A DNA stretch of 64,000 nucleotides, from positions 1,612,001 through 1,676,000 of the forward strand of contig JANJGN010000052.1 in assembly GCA_026770705.1 (NCBI GenBank), given 5' to 3'. Both the position numbers and the translations under genes were made by a program. Positions 49,501-63,350 of the stretch are shown one piece after another. Under the pieces are notes generated by a model, which was not told the DNA's origin, did no database searches, and was given only the letters and a program-made list of their open reading frames with translations. This DNA comes from Isurus oxyrinchus. Lineage: Eukaryota. Every line of letters begins with the position of its first letter. Position 1 is the stretch's first letter.

Positions 49501-49760
49501 AACATTTAACATTTCTCTTCATCTCGATCTTCTGCTGTCTCTCTCTTTCTCTCCCTCGCACACACACACACTCTCTGTCACAAACACACGCTCTCTCCCA
49601 CACACTCTCTCTCACACACTCTCACATGCACACTCTCTCCCTCATATACAAACACTCTCCCTCACACATGCACACACTCTCTCTATCTCTTTTTCTCTCT
49701 CACACAGTCTCTCTGTCTCTCTCTGTCTCTCAGACACTCTCTCTCTCTCTGATACAGAAT
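46550..49760. repeat. ~70-bp compound CT/CA satellite (about 40 units) grading into simple CT/CA sequence
   Basis: Unit CTCTCTAACACTCACAATCTCTCTCTATCACACTCTTCTGCTCTAT(CT)n(CA)nTT. Confidence 0.95.
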
Positions 49761-50650
49761 GTTTTTAAGACCTGTTCATGATTTCAGCTCAAAACCCAGG
49801 TAGATTCTCCCCAGTGAGGGAGTGGTGAGGGAGTGCTGCACTGTCGGAGGATCAGTACTGAGGGCGTGCTGCACTGTCAGAGGGTAAGTACTGAGGGAGT
49901 GCTGCACTGTCGGAGGATCAGTACTGAACACAATGTCCATTCAGAACAGCTCGGTCCCCGATCAGAGAAACAGCCTCAGACAGAACCAACTGACGCTGGA
50001 ATCCATACAATTCATCAACGTGTTGGGAGTTAGTTTGATGTCGGAGATGGAGTGTTACTGGGAAGGAGGGAACCCGTCAGGATGAACAGCTCGATGTACG
50101 ACAAGGAAAGGATGAGCTAAGAGGGGTTGGCCACGGACAGACGGAGCATGTGAAGACTCAACAACCTAATGGCAGGTGAAGAGCTGGAAAGGTGTCTTTT
50201 CAACGCAAGGTTTAGACACAGAACTCGATGTTTGATCGGGTATTTCAAACCAGAGAAACTCTTTACAGGGTGAATGGACCTTGTCAATAATCCATCCAGC
50301 CAACCTCGCCTGGAGATTAGTCCAATATTAGACACTAAACCGAGTCCCCCGTCTGCCCTCTCGGGCGGGTGTGAAAGATTCCACAGCCACTATTTGGAGG
50401 AAGAGCAGGGGGGAGATCTCCCCGGTGTCCTGGGACCAGTATTTATCCCTCAACCAACATCACCAAAAACAGATGATCACATTGCTGTTTGTGGGAGCAT
50501 GCTGTGCGCTAATTGGCTGCTGCGTTTCCTACATTACAACAGTAACCACACTTCGAAAAAAGGGTGTACTCAACTGTAAAGTGTTCTGGGACATCCAGAG
50601 ACCATGCTGTACAGAAGAGATTTGACAGGAGCAGCAAGTGTTTTACTTAC

Positions 50651-50970
50651 AGGAGAATGAGTCCCCAGGGTTGTAGAGTCAATCCTGTCAGATGAATGTC
50701 TAACTGGAGACACTTCAGGGAGCTGATCTAATTCTGGAAATGTTCAGTTTACCAGGATCGGAGGAGAGATGATCTTCCTCTCCTGACTGCATCGGACACG
50801 AGGTGAACTGGCTCTGGGAGGAGGGTCAGTGTTAACCCAGTTTTTCTGTGTTTGAGGGAGATGTGAAACTGGGGAAGTCACGTGGTTTTTTGGTGTGGTA
50901 ACTCCATGTCTTTATTTGGTGCAGCACTCATTTAGTTCCTGTCGTTGTTTCAATGCTACAAAACCACAGC
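50651..50970 (-). promoter_or_regulatory. Candidate first exon and promoter of gene E
   Basis: GTAAGT donor at 50650-50645; GGGGAAGT, CACGTG, TGTGGT and AACCACA motifs at 50871-50968. Confidence 0.35.
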
Positions 50971-52009
50971 GCATTCTGGACTATTTCTGCCTGACCTGCT
51001 GTCAGATACACACAGTCTGACAGAGAGGCGGAAAAGTGGTCCCTAGCAACGTGTGTAACTGTNNNNNNNNNNNNNNNNNNNNNNNNNNNNNNNNNNNNNN
51101 NNNNNNNNNNNNNNNNNNNNNNNNNNNNNNNNNNNNNNNNNNNNNNNNNNNNNNNNNNNNNNNNNNNNNNNNNNNNNNNNNNNNNNNNNNNNNNNNNNNN
51201 NNNNNNNNNNNNNNNNNNNNNNNNNNNNNNNNNNNNNNNNNNNNNNNNNNNNNNNNNNNNNNNNNNNNNNNNNNNNNNNNNCACTCTTTTGCACAAACAC
51301 TCTTTCACGCACACACATGCACACACACACACGCACACAAACGCACAAACTCACTCACACACAAACCCTCACACACACACAGACACAAACATTAGCACAC
51401 ACACACACACACACACTCACACATGCGCACATACTCTCAAACACACACTGTTTTGCACAAACACTTTCTCTTTCACACACACACATACACACACACTCTC
51501 TCTCTCACACACATGTTCTCTCTCACTCCCTGTCTCAAACACACAATCTCCCCCTCCCTCAAACACTCACACCATCTCTTTCTCGCACACTCCCTCTCTC
51601 AAACACACACACCCTCTTTCTCAAACACACACACACACACGATCTCACACACACACTCTCACATACACAAACACTCTCTCACAGACACACACTCTCTTTT
51701 GCACACACACTATCTCACACGCACATTCTCTCTATCTTTCTCTCTCACACATAAATTCTCTCTCACTCTCACAGACGTTCTCTTTCTCTCACACACACTC
51801 TCTCTCTCACACACACAAGCTACCTCCCTCTCTCATGCACACACACTCTACCTCTCTTTTGCTCTCACACACATACACACTCTCAGTCTCTCACACATAC
51901 ATTGTCTCTCTCTCTCACATAAATGCACTGTCTCTCTCTGAGATGGAAGGTTGGGATTTTGAGACCGTCTCAAGGTTTCAGCTTAAAATGCGGACGGACT
52001 CTTCCCAGT

Positions 52010-52295
52010 GGGGGAGTGCTGCACTGTTGGAGGGTCAGTACTGAGGGAGTGCTGCACTGTCAGAGGGTCAGTACTGAGAGAGTGCTGCACTGTTGAAGGG
52101 TTAGCACTGAGGGAGTGCTGCACTTCCAGAGGGTCGGTACTGAGGGAGAGCTGCACTCCCAGAGGGTCAGTGCTGAGGGAGTGCTGCACTCCCAGAGGGT
52201 CAATACTGAAGGAGTGCTGCACTCTCAAAGGGTCAATGCTGAGGGAGTGCTGCACTGTCAGAGGGTGGGCACTGAGGGAATGCTGCTCTGTCAGA
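52010..52295. repeat. 33-bp minisatellite (reverse orientation)
   Basis: Tandem units. Confidence 0.88.
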
Positions 52296-52696
52296 CCTGC
52301 CATATTTCAGATGACATTTGAAATTAGCAACATGCCTCATGTATAATTATATATCATCAGCTCAAAATAAATAGATTATTCCTGTACGTTTCACTTTACT
52401 GTAAATTGTTTGCAGTTTCATTTCCTTAGAAACCAGGCTTGTGTGATCATTATTTTTAAATAACGTTAATAATAAAGATGCAACAATCCACACGCACACA
52501 TGTACACACACACACACACTCACTCACAAGGGTACATAGACAGACACACACTCACNNNNNNNNNNNNNNNNNNNNNNNNNNNNNNNNNNNNNNNNNNNNN
52601 NNNNNNNNNNNNNNNNNNNNNNNNNNNNNNNNNNNNNNNNNNNNNNNNNNNNNNNNNNNNNNNNNNNNNNNNNNNNNNNNNNNNNNNNNNNNNNNN

Positions 52697-54880
52697 NGTT
52701 AGAGTCCAATAAAAATTTAAAAGAATATATGATTAATACAATTGCTTGTCTTTGAGGTGTAGATTGTTGACGTTTGCAGCTGTTCAAGGTTAATTGGTTT
52801 CCTGTGACATCCTGGTGGTGATTTGATTCAGATTTGCACTTTGTTGAAGATGCGCTGTTAGCTTCAGAAAGAGAGAGAGAGAGAGAGAGAGAGAATTTCT
52901 GCTCTTTTCCAGCAGTGTTTTTGGGTGACTGCCATCTTTCTTTTTCCTCCTACTTTCTCTTATATCTGCTTGACAGAACCTGTTGTTAAACTCCTGTCTG
53001 TATATTCCCAAAGGGAATTCGATCAGCATGTCTTGCATTCATTGTCGCAGACCAAGTTATCCCTTTTTTGATCTTTGCATCTCTGAAGCATTTGATGCAT
53101 TTCAAGATATAAATCAACAGGAGATGAAGGCATTTCATCCTCCACAAGAGGTTTTGAATGACTGATGAATATTTGCATGGTGAGCAGTTCCCATTAGCTT
53201 GATAGACCTACAGTGATCAGAGTCCAGCGCTTTACATTTTTAATGGAGTCCCTGTTTCAGGTGGACCCTGACACACCTCAGTGAGAACTTTCATGCAACA
53301 TGTCTGTAGTGCAATTCATTTGAAGCTTTCCAGAGAAGTGATCAAGTTTGCAGTATCAGCAATCAGGTGACTCGTGACAGCCATTTTTGATCAATGCCTA
53401 ATCTTGTACTTTTGAAAAACAGGTCTCCTTTAAACAGTTCAATACGTTTTTGGCTCGTTGGTTAAGTTGAAGGAAGCTCTGTTATGACATAACAGATGGT
53501 AAATGCTGAGCTGTTCAAATCCTGGAGGGAAACTTGAAACAACTGTCACAACTAATTTCCAACTTGTATGTTTTGAGATGTGGGCTTTGAATTCAGTAGT
53601 AATGAGATTAAGATGTTTAAGAGGTAATTATGGTTGGTTGAAAAAAAGGGTTTAAAATATATTTTCCCCCAAATGCAATTTCCAAAGCAAGTCTCTTTGA
53701 TTGTTAAGAATGAACCAATTAAACCACGTTTGGTGGAGTCAAAGAAAGAGTAAGTTTATTAGTTACCTAACTGGAGGAAAAATAATTAAAATGGGACAAA
53801 ACACACACACAAATGCACACATACACACACACACACACACACAAACGCACATACACACAGATAGGTGCACAGACATACACACACAGACAGATACACACAG
53901 ACAGGCTCACATGCANNNNNNNNNNNNNNNNNNNNNNNNNNNNNNNNNNNNNNNNNNNNNNNNNNNNNNNNNNNNNNNNNNNNNNNNNNNNNNNNNNNNN
54001 NNNNNNNNNNNNNNNNNNNNNNNNNNNNNNNNNNNNNNNNNNNNNNNNNNNNNNNNNNNNNNNNNNNNNNNNNNNNNNNNNNNNNNNNNNNNNATAATTA
54101 TAGAGTCCAATAAAAAATTAAAAGAGTCGTTTGCTTGTACTACAACGTAGGCTGTGAAGTTTGAAGCTGTTTTAAATTAGTTGGTTTTCTGTAGATTCCT
54201 GTATTTTATCTGGCTCAGACTTGCACATTGTTGAAGACATTCTGTTAGCTTCAGACAGAGAGAGAGAGAGGGAGAAATCATTTCTGCTCTTTTCCAGCAG
54301 TGTTTGTGGAAGACTGCCATATTTCTTTTTCCCCTCCTTTCTCTTATATCTGCTTGGCAGAACCATTTGTTAAACTCCTGTCTGTATATCCCTGAAGTCA
54401 ATTCGATCAGCATGTTTTGCATTCATTGTTATAGACCAAGTATTCCCATTTTTTTATCTTTGCATCTCTGAAACCTTTGATGCATTTCAAGATATAAATC
54501 AACAGGAGACGGGGGTATTGTATCCTCCACAGGGGGTTTTGAATGGTTGATGATTATCCGCTTGGTGAGCAGTTCCCAATGTTTTGATTGAACTACAGCT
54601 GATCAAAGTCCAGCACTTTACATTTTAATGCCTTCCTTTTAAGAGTGTCTCTATTTGAAGTGGACCCTGACACACCCCAGGCGTGAACTTCCATGCAACA
54701 GGTCTGCAGTGCAATTCATTTGAACCTTTCCAGAGAAGTGATCAACTTCACAGTATCAGCAATCAGGTGACTTGTGTCAGCCATTTTTGATCTGTGTACA
54801 ATCTTGTATTTCTTTGAAAAACAGGTCGCTATTAGACAGTTCAATATGTCTTTGGTCTCTTAGTTAAGTTGTAGGAAGCT
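52697..54880. repeat. Two diverged direct copies of an LTR-like element (52697-53480 and 54097-54880)
   Basis: Colinear similarity over ~780 bp; each follows a CA tract and N gap. Confidence 0.7.
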
Positions 54881-56549
54881 CTTAATCGCAGTTTGTTGTC
54901 ATTGGGATATTGTCTTTGTGTGTGTGTTTGTGTGTGAGTGAGTGTGTGAGTGAATGTGTGTGAGTGAATGTGTGTGTGTGTGTGTGAATGTGTGTGTTTG
55001 TGTCTGTCTGNNNNNNNNNNNNNNNNNNNNNNNNNNNNNNNNNNNNNNNNNNNNNNNNNNNNNNNNNNNNNNNNNNNNNNNNNNNNNNNNNNNNNNNNNN
55101 NNNNNNNNNNNNNNNNNNNNNNNNNNNNNNNNNNNNNNNNNNNNNNNNNNNNNNNNNNNNNNNNNNNNNNNNNNNNNNNNNNNNNNNNNNNNNNNNNNNN
55201 NNNNNNNNNNNNNNNNNNNNNNNNNNNNNNNNNNNNNNNNNNNNNNNNNNNNNNACAGAGTGAAACCTCCTTGAGTCTGGCCACTGTGTTTAACATTTAA
55301 GCCACACAGACAGGATGTGGTTAAAAGGTGAAACCACAAGGAGTGAGTGACTTTCTCAGTGACTGTCTCTCTGTGGGTTTCCTGTGGGTTTCTGTGAACT
55401 GCCTGTGGTTTTAAAAAAAATCTTCCAACCCCACATGCACGGCATCAAATAAGGATTTGGAAGCTGCTGCTCAGAGAGTAACTAGTCCCCCGAGAATTCA
55501 CAGCCCCTCAAACACAGATTAACAGCATTAATCCTGACCGTCAGCCCACTCACTCATTGCCTCTTGTCTCAGACACTAGAAAGTGGAAGTTAAGGCCGGA
55601 TTTTCACTCCCGGGTCGGGGGACACAGAGACGGCAGGAAAAAATAACAAAATATGTCTCGAGCACACAGAGCTCCAAGGGAAGGGTCGTGCTGCAGCTAA
55701 GGTGTGAGACATGGCACATTCCGCGGATGCAGCATTGAGGCTTGTATGTCTACACAGCTGATGTAGGTGCACATGGAACACATGTGAATGAGCACTGTGA
55801 TGCACACACACCCTGGAGAGTAATATCCCTCCATGCACTACATATCAGGCTAACATCAACTCATGTTGTCATTGCTGACTCACAGGGTTGAAGCAGGTCA
55901 CAGAGACGGCTCATCTTAAACCCCTCGATTAGATCACCCCTTAATCTTCGAGACTCGAGGGAACACAAGCCTGGTCTGTGCAACCTGTCCTCGGGATTTA
56001 ACCCTTTCAGCCCCGGGATCATTCTGGTGACTCTGCACAGCACCCCCTCCAAGGACAATATATCCTTCCTAAGCTGCTGGACCCAGAACTGAACCCAGTG
56101 ACACCAGATTGGATGTGAGGGGACCTTAATAAAACTGTGCCAGACACTTCAAAAATCTCTTCAATTCAACCTTGTAAACGCAGTAGGAAAAATCCTACGG
56201 GGCCATTGTATCTTAGCAACATCGTAAACTTGGCCAAAAGAATCCCCCTGGTCACTCCTGAGTGTTACTTATATTGTAAACACAACGTTTCCAGCTCCTC
56301 CAGTCTCTGAGAAGCAAAACTAGGACACTAAAGCACCACCACTGGTAGGAGGCTGTAATTACAGTGTGACATGTTTACATGGGAATGTTCCATTACCAAT
56401 GACACAGGAATTTAAATAATCAGAAGGGCATGTGACAACAGGAAGTGGTGCCTTGGAGAATGAAATTATTCACTAGAGTACGTATTTAATTTGATAAAAC
56501 TGTACAGAAATGTCAGGGCATTTTAATTGCTTCTTTTTTTTATTCATTC

Positions 56550-58600
56550 ACTGTCACTGGCGAGGCCAGAATTTATTGCCCATCCCTAATTGTCCTTGAG
56601 AATATGGGGGTGAGCTGCCTTCCTGAGCTGCTGCAGTCCCTGTGGTGTATGTACACCCACAGAACTGTTTGGGAGGGAGTTGCAGGATTCTGACCCAGCG
56701 ACAGTGAAGGAACGGTGATATATTTGCAAGTCAGGATGGTGAGTGACTTGGAGGGGAACTTCCAGGTGGTGGTGTTCCCATGTGTCTGCTGCCCTTGTCC
56801 TTCGAGATGGTAGTGATCATGTGTTTGGAAGGTGCTGTCTAAGGAGGCTTGGTGACTCCCTGCATTGCATCTTGTAGATGGTACACACACTGCTGCCACT
56901 GTGCGTCAGTTGTAGAGGGAGAGAATGTTTGTGGATGGGGCGCAAATCAAGCGGGGCTGCTTTGTCCTGGACGGTGTCGAGCTTCTTGAGTGTTGTTGGA
57001 GCTGCACTCATCTAGGAAAGTGGAGAGTATTCCATCACTTCTGACCTGTGCCTTGAGGTTGGTGGACAGGCTTTGGGGAGTCAGGAGGTGAGTTACTCAC
57101 CACAGGATTCCCAGGCTCTGGCCTGCTCTTATAGTCACAGTGTTTATATGGCTAGTACAGTTCAGTTTCTAGTCATTGGTAACCCCCAGAGTGTTGATAG
57201 TGTGGGATTCAGCAATGGTGATGCTATTGGACATTAAGGGGAGATGGATATATTCTCTCTGGTTGGAAATGGTCATTGCCTGGCACTTGTGTGGCATGAA
57301 TGTTACTTGCCACTTGTCAGGCCAAGCCTGGATATTGTCCAGGTCTTGCTGCATTTGGACATGGACTGCTTCAGCATCTGATGAGTCATGAATGATGTTG
57401 AACGTTGTGCAATCAACAGCGACCTTCCATAATTCTGACCATCTGATAGAATGAATGTCATTGATGAAGCAGCTGAAGATGGTTGGGCCTAGGACACTAC
57501 ACTGAGCAACTCCTGCAGTGATGTCCTGGAACTGAGATGACTGACCTCCAACAAGCACAACCACCTTCCTTTGTACTTGGTATGAATCCAACGAGTGGAG
57601 AGTTTTCCCTGTGACATGACATGGCAGATGATGTGTGCTTGGTGCTCCAAATCCACAAGGGAAAATTGTTCAAGCTATCACAATAGTTTTGCAATTTGTA
57701 TTTATTACAAGAAGCGTGCACTGAATTCAGGAGTAATGAGATGACCACAACCTTTAGAGATTTTAAAAATTCAATTAAGATATTTATTAACAAAATAAAA
57801 GATTTCAAGCACAGACATAATACCACGGTTAGTTACAGCTAAAATATATTCTCAAATTCCTAATTAACCTGACTCCCAGTTACAGAGCCTGTTTAAGGCA
57901 ACAGTCCAAAATAAGATTTTAGATTAAAAACAAATCCAGCGAGTTAACACAGCACACACTTGACACTGGAATTCTAAATGGATTTCTCCAACTTTATTTA
58001 CTGAACATAACAGACTTATGCACAAATGCCTGGAGGCTTCTTCAAGCCTGTTTCACACACTCCTGTTAGATCTTACATGGCCCCCAACATAGCCTTTCAT
58101 TCTCCTTTATACATGTTTCTCTCTCTTTGATGTGTAAATTCTTTGGAACTGTACCTTTCCCATAATATAAACTTTCATGTTGCCAATATTGTCAATGAAG
58201 TTTGGGTAAAATTAAAAAAAAACTCCTTTGCTTATTGGGCTTGTCCTAAACAGACCAACATCCCTTTGAAATCTAAACAGCCCCTTCACACCTTACATGC
58301 TAAGGCAGCCTCCATGTGTTCTCATTAGCATTTCAAGTACATTTCTACACCTAGCTTCTTTTGATAATCTCAAACTTGCAGTCTACCTGTCTCCAGATGT
58401 AATTAAACTACACAGACAGACCCATCTACACTCACACCCATAAACCTAGTTTACAACAAACCAGGAAAATATTAAGCAAATTATTATACTTTCGTACCAC
58501 CCCTGATACCCATTGACTCCAGTTTTGCTCGGGCTCCTAGATGCCACACTCGGTCAAATGCAGACTTGATGTCAAAGGCAGTCACTGTCACCTCACCTTG
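56550..58600 (-). mobile_element. LINE RT/3' fragment interrupted by a solo LTR at 57610-58499
   Basis: SVLGPTIFSCFINDI; insert has TG…CA ends, and the LINE (gagagttttccc|…gatacccattgactcc) resumes as at 35477-35510. Confidence 0.8.
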
Positions 58601-58790
58601 TATTAACAGATGTTAAATTATACATAATTCATAAGCTTCTCACAATCTTTTACAGCATGGAAAAAGGTGCAGCATTCAGAAAGCTCAGTTAAAACCAATA
58701 AAAAAAAGTTGAGCAACATCATATTTGTGTTCATTACTATTTGGCCATGTTGGCTGCACACACCCCACAGCCCCGCTCCCTGTTTCACAC

Positions 58791-59039
58791 TCAGTTTTTC
58801 TGGAACCTGATCTGTGCGTATTCCGTGTCCTCGCTCCTGTGCACAGTCCTGTCACCGCTGGGCAGCTTTGAAAAGTTGATGTTGGCGTAGAGAAGCTCGT
58901 CGGTATTGTCGGGGTTCCCATGTCCAACATCGCCTCCCACTGGACCTTCAGAGAGACCCCGGGGAGCTGGGGTCTCCCCCTCACTAGTTGTGTCTCTGGT
59001 TGTGTTCCGGGGCTCAGTAATCAGCACTTTCTGTTTACC
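58791..59039 (-). CDS. Gene D terminal exon with ITIM (LLYANI) and ITSM (TEYAQI)
   Basis: ctctgtag acceptor, phase 0, open to TGA; motif pair as in CD33-related Siglec tails. Confidence 0.92.
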   Translation of the reverse strand, partial: GKQKVLITEPRNTTRDTTSEGETPAPRGLSEGPVGGDVGHGNPDNTDELLYANINFSKLPSGDRTVHRSEDTEYAQIRFQKN

Positions 59040-59489
59040 CTACAGAGAAATAGAAACAGAAGACATCCTCACATCATTTACTGGCACTGATAGGGTTAAG
59101 TTATTCTGCAGCCTCGTTAGTGTCAGTCGTGTCTCAATGGGTTTAACCCTCTTTTTCACTCTCTTTCTCTGTCTCCTTTTTTTCAATCTCTTTCTCTGTC
59201 TCTCTTTCTCTCTCTCTCTCTTGCTTTCTCGCTCTATTTATCATGTAATCTCTCTCGCTATCGCAGACCTGAGTCTTGAAGTCCTATGTTACCATCCCAA
59301 TCATGAGATTTGTGCCCCATTATTCACAAACACAGACACACAAAGAACCTCACGCCAATGAAGGAATTTTATTGAAGGGCGACACTGCTACAGTGTTGGA
59401 AATGTGGCCATGGGACCAGATAAGATGGTAAACATGGTCAGCATTATACAACTATTCTGAAAGAGGCACCTCGAACACTGCAATGTTCT

Positions 59490-60175
59490 CTCAGTGCTGA
59501 CTCCTGACAGTGCAGCACTCCCTCGGAACTGCCCCTTCAAGAGGGCAGCGCCCCTGGAAAATGGACTCTTCGACAGTGCAGCACTCGCTCAGTACTGTCC
59601 TCAGTACTGACCATCCGACAGTGCAGCACTCCCTGAGTACTGACCCTCCGACAGTGCAGCACTCCCTCAGTTCAGACACTCCGACAGTCCAGCACTCCCT
59701 CAGTACTGACCCTATGACAGCACAGCACTCCCTCAGTACTGACACTCTGACAGTGCAACACTCCCTCAGTACTGACCCTCCAACAGTGCAGCACTTCCTC
59801 AGCACAGACCGTCTGACAGTGCAGCACTCCCTCAGTACTGACCCTCCAACAGTGCAACACTCCCTCAGTACTGACCCTCTGACAGTGCAGCACTTCCTCA
59901 GCACAGACCGTCTGACAGTGCAGCACTCCTTCAGTACTGACCTTTTGACAGTCCAGCAATCCCTCAGTACTGACCCTCTGACAGTGCAGCACTCCCTCAG
60001 TACAGACACTCTGACAGTGCAGCACTCCCTCAGTACTGACCTTCTGACTGTCCAGCACTCCCTCAGCACAGACCCTATGACAGTCCAGCAATCCCTCAGT
60101 ACTGACCCTCCCACAGTCCAGCACTCCCTCAGCACAGACCCTATGACAGTGCAACACTCCCTCAGTACTGACATC
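59490..60175. repeat. 33-bp minisatellite
   Basis: Tandem units. Confidence 0.9.
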
Positions 60176-60385
60176 AGGTGCCTTGTCATTATTGTGTTCA
60201 GGTTTCTGGTCAAAGAGCGAGTGATGGAGGGAGAGAGGGGGAGGGAGCGAGAGACAGTGCTACCTACTGAGCCATTGCTGACTCCACAGGTAGATATCTG
60301 TGGGTAACCTGGCTGGGAATCTGGGACATGTGTTGTCTACACACTGAGATTGAAACTTTGGAGTGTGTGTAAACAGCTCCTGTAC

Positions 60386-60467
60386 CTGGTGTTTCACAGA
60401 GAGTGGACTGGGGGTCAATGCAATGTCACTGGTCCCTGAAACTCTCTCCTCCATCGCTGTCTTTCTC
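60386..60467 (-). CDS. Gene D cytoplasmic exon RKTAMEERVSGTSDIALTPSPLSVKHQ
   Basis: 82 nt, phase 2 to 0, joins the TM and terminal exons in frame. Confidence 0.88.
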
Positions 60468-61345
60468 CTGCAATAACACAATATCACACTGTGGTTATCA
60501 TATAGCAGAGAGTCAGTGCAGCACAGACACAGAGCCCACTGTAACCTTACACCAACGACTGGACTGTCTCTAGTTCCAATAAGGGGTATCAGCGTGAAAT
60601 CACTATAATGGAAGTGTGTCCTGTGATCCAATATTAGTTTCACTTTTGCTTTGAGCAGAACACACACACACAGCTCTGATGCCTTCAATCTTTATCCGTA
60701 TGTATAACTGTTCTCGTGCCGAGTCTTGATTAACGAGCCCATAACATTCTCACCCAATCCCTGTGAGCGATTGGTGCTTTGTTTCTTGTACAGTAAATAA
60801 GCCTAAGGTATAATATCATTATAATAACACGCCATATCTTTGACCCCCCCTCCACCCCTGCTCTTCCCCCCATAGCCTTTCAAATGTTCCCCCTTCAAGT
60901 ATTTATCCAATTCCCTTTTTGAAAGTTCCTATTGAATCTGCTTCCACCGCCCTTTCAGGCAGAATCTTCCAGATCACAGCAACTGATTATTATTCATCTG
61001 GATAACGGGCAATGAAAAACACTGTCTGGATCGTAAGGGACAAAAGAGACCAGTTACGGAGAGGCATCTGGCGCTTAACACAAGGGAAACAATCACCGAC
61101 TTCAGGAAAGAACATTGAAGCAAATATTTATCCCGGAGTAATCGTGCAGAGTGAGGAATCTCTGGGTCTCGTGATTGTTTACCTGGATACAGGACAATGA
61201 AAGGTTCTCTCCGGATCAGAGTGGACGCAGGGACCACTTACAGAGAGGGAACTGGTGCTGATCCCAAGGGAAACAATCACCGACTTAAGGAAAGAACATT
61301 GAAGCAAATGTTTATATTAAAATCAAGTTAAATCTTCAGACTTAC

Positions 61346-61442
61346 TTTCTCACACAGATGAAGATGAAGATTCCAGCCAGGAAAACACTCAACATGATCC
61401 CAGCCGTGAATAATCCTACTGTCCATTTACTGGAGTCTCTAC
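61346..61442 (-). CDS. Gene D transmembrane exon (C)RDSSKWTVGLFTAGIMLSVFLAGIFIFICVRK
   Basis: 97 nt, phase 1 to 2, tttacag/gtaagt, uncharged hydrophobic helix. Confidence 0.9.
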
Positions 61443-62259
61443 CTGTAAAAACAGCCATTAATTACTGCACTACAGGTTTACAATGATGCTCCGATGTATC
61501 TCGAGAAGCGATACACTCACTCAATGTTTAAATACTCATTCTCGGGCAATGCTGACATTTATTGTCCATCCCTAGTTTCCCCTTGAGAAGGTGGTGGGGG
61601 GTCTTCCTCCTGAACCACTGGTTTGTCCCAAACTGGGAGACCAGTTCAGAGGGCAGGTCAGAGTTAACCATGTTGGTGTCTGAGACTGGAGTCACATCCA
61701 CATCGAGACATGCTTCCCTCCCTAAAGGGTATGTAGTCTCTACACATGTAACAACCAACCTCACTGAAATAATTGACTATCAGCTCATTATCACATGGTG
61801 GTTTGCGGGATCTTGCTGTGCACAAATCAGTACCTGTGTTTCCTACATTACAACAGTGAGCTCACTTCGATAATGCTTCACTGGCTGTTGAATGTTTAGT
61901 AATTTCTAAGCAATTTATGAATACAGGTGTTGCATTTCAAAGTAATCCATGTAACATTTATATATAATATTTATCAATTAAAGAATGAGAAGTTCAGCAA
62001 TTAAAAGGGTTGTTCAGGACAGTTAGAGAGAGAAAGGTCGTCAAGTATGGAGATTGGAAACGAAGACCTGACAGCCTTGTCCTCACAACCATTGAAGGAG
62101 AAACTGAGAGCAAAAACAGAAAGGGAGAGGAAAAATTGGATGTGTGGATAACGTGGACTGAGCGAGGATTGAAGAAAACTGGATTAAAAACAACACGATC
62201 CCAATGGCTCCACGGAGACCACGGAGACAACAAACAAACAAATGTATCTCCACACTCAC

Positions 62260-62541
62260 ATTCCACAGTGATGGTTATGAACCCCTCCACTGCTCCATGT
62301 TCATTCTCTGCCACACACTGATAGTCTCCAGTGTCCCTGGATGTAACGTGAGGAATCACCAACCACAGCTCATTGTTGGAACTTGTTCTGTTCATTGGGA
62401 CATTAAGATGTCGCCACGTCAGGTTAGAAGCTGGGAAGCTCTCGACAGAGCAGATTATCACTGCAGAATTCCCCTCAATTATATTGATTGATGAAGCGTA
62501 AATCATATTAAGCGAAGTAAATGAGAGATCCTGTGGTGCAT
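62260..62541 (-). CDS. Gene D membrane-proximal C2 exon
   Basis: 282 nt, phase 1-1, AG/GTGAGT. Confidence 0.9.
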
Positions 62542-63350
62542 CTAAAAACAAATCAAATGTTTAATGTGAGCAAACCTATTGCACAGCAAGACTCCATGCA
62601 TCATCTCTCTGTATCTGATGTCTGAATGCATTTCCAGGTAACTTCCCTCAGGATAACGTCTTATGCCACATTTTTAATGGACACTGCCTATGTAAACTGT
62701 CACACTGCAGTTGCATTCTCCCACCAGTAGAGGTGTTGTCCATCTAGAATGAAAGAAGCTTGCTTTCACATCCTCAGGATTTCGCAAAGGGCTGGACAGG
62801 CAATGAATTGTATTTGATTGATGGAGCACTGAGGGGTAAATCTACAATTCTCTGTTCAGGAGGTTGCTCATCCAATTCAGGGTCTTGTTGATCTAGAGTT
62901 TACCTTCCTTCAACACAGAATCGGAGCTGATACCAAGACTCCAGTGCGGCACTGAGAGAGGAGAGGGAACTCACGTGTGTGTATCTGTGTGTTTGTGTTT
63001 CTGCACATGTGAGTGTGTTTGTGTGTGTATGCACACGTGTGTCTGTGTGTGCGCATGCGCATGTGTCTGTGTGTCTAGGTCTGTCCATGAGTGAGAGTAT
63101 GTGCATGTGTGTGTCTATGTGTGGGCATGAATGTGTGTGTGTGTTTGAGATGGGTGTGTATTTTCCTGTGTATGTGTTTGTATGTGTATGACTGTGTGTG
63201 GATAATTATGCATGTGTGNNNNNNNNNNNNNNNNNNNNNNNNNNNNNNNNNNNNNNNNNNNNNNNNNNNNNNNNNNNNNNNNNNNNNNNNNNNNNNNNNN
63301 NNNNNNNNNNNNNNNNNNNNNNNNNNNNNNNNNNNNNNNNNNNNNNTCAC

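Noticed and set aside
48078-52044. His/Thr/Ser/Leu-rich ORFs
   Set aside because: CT/CA low-complexity sequence.
4947-60307. Long ORFs of TVQHSLSTDP / VLRECCTV type
   Set aside because: Translations of the 33-bp minisatellite, open in several frames and on both strands.
4402-63346. ORFs spanning N runs
   Set aside because: Artefacts of assembly gaps.
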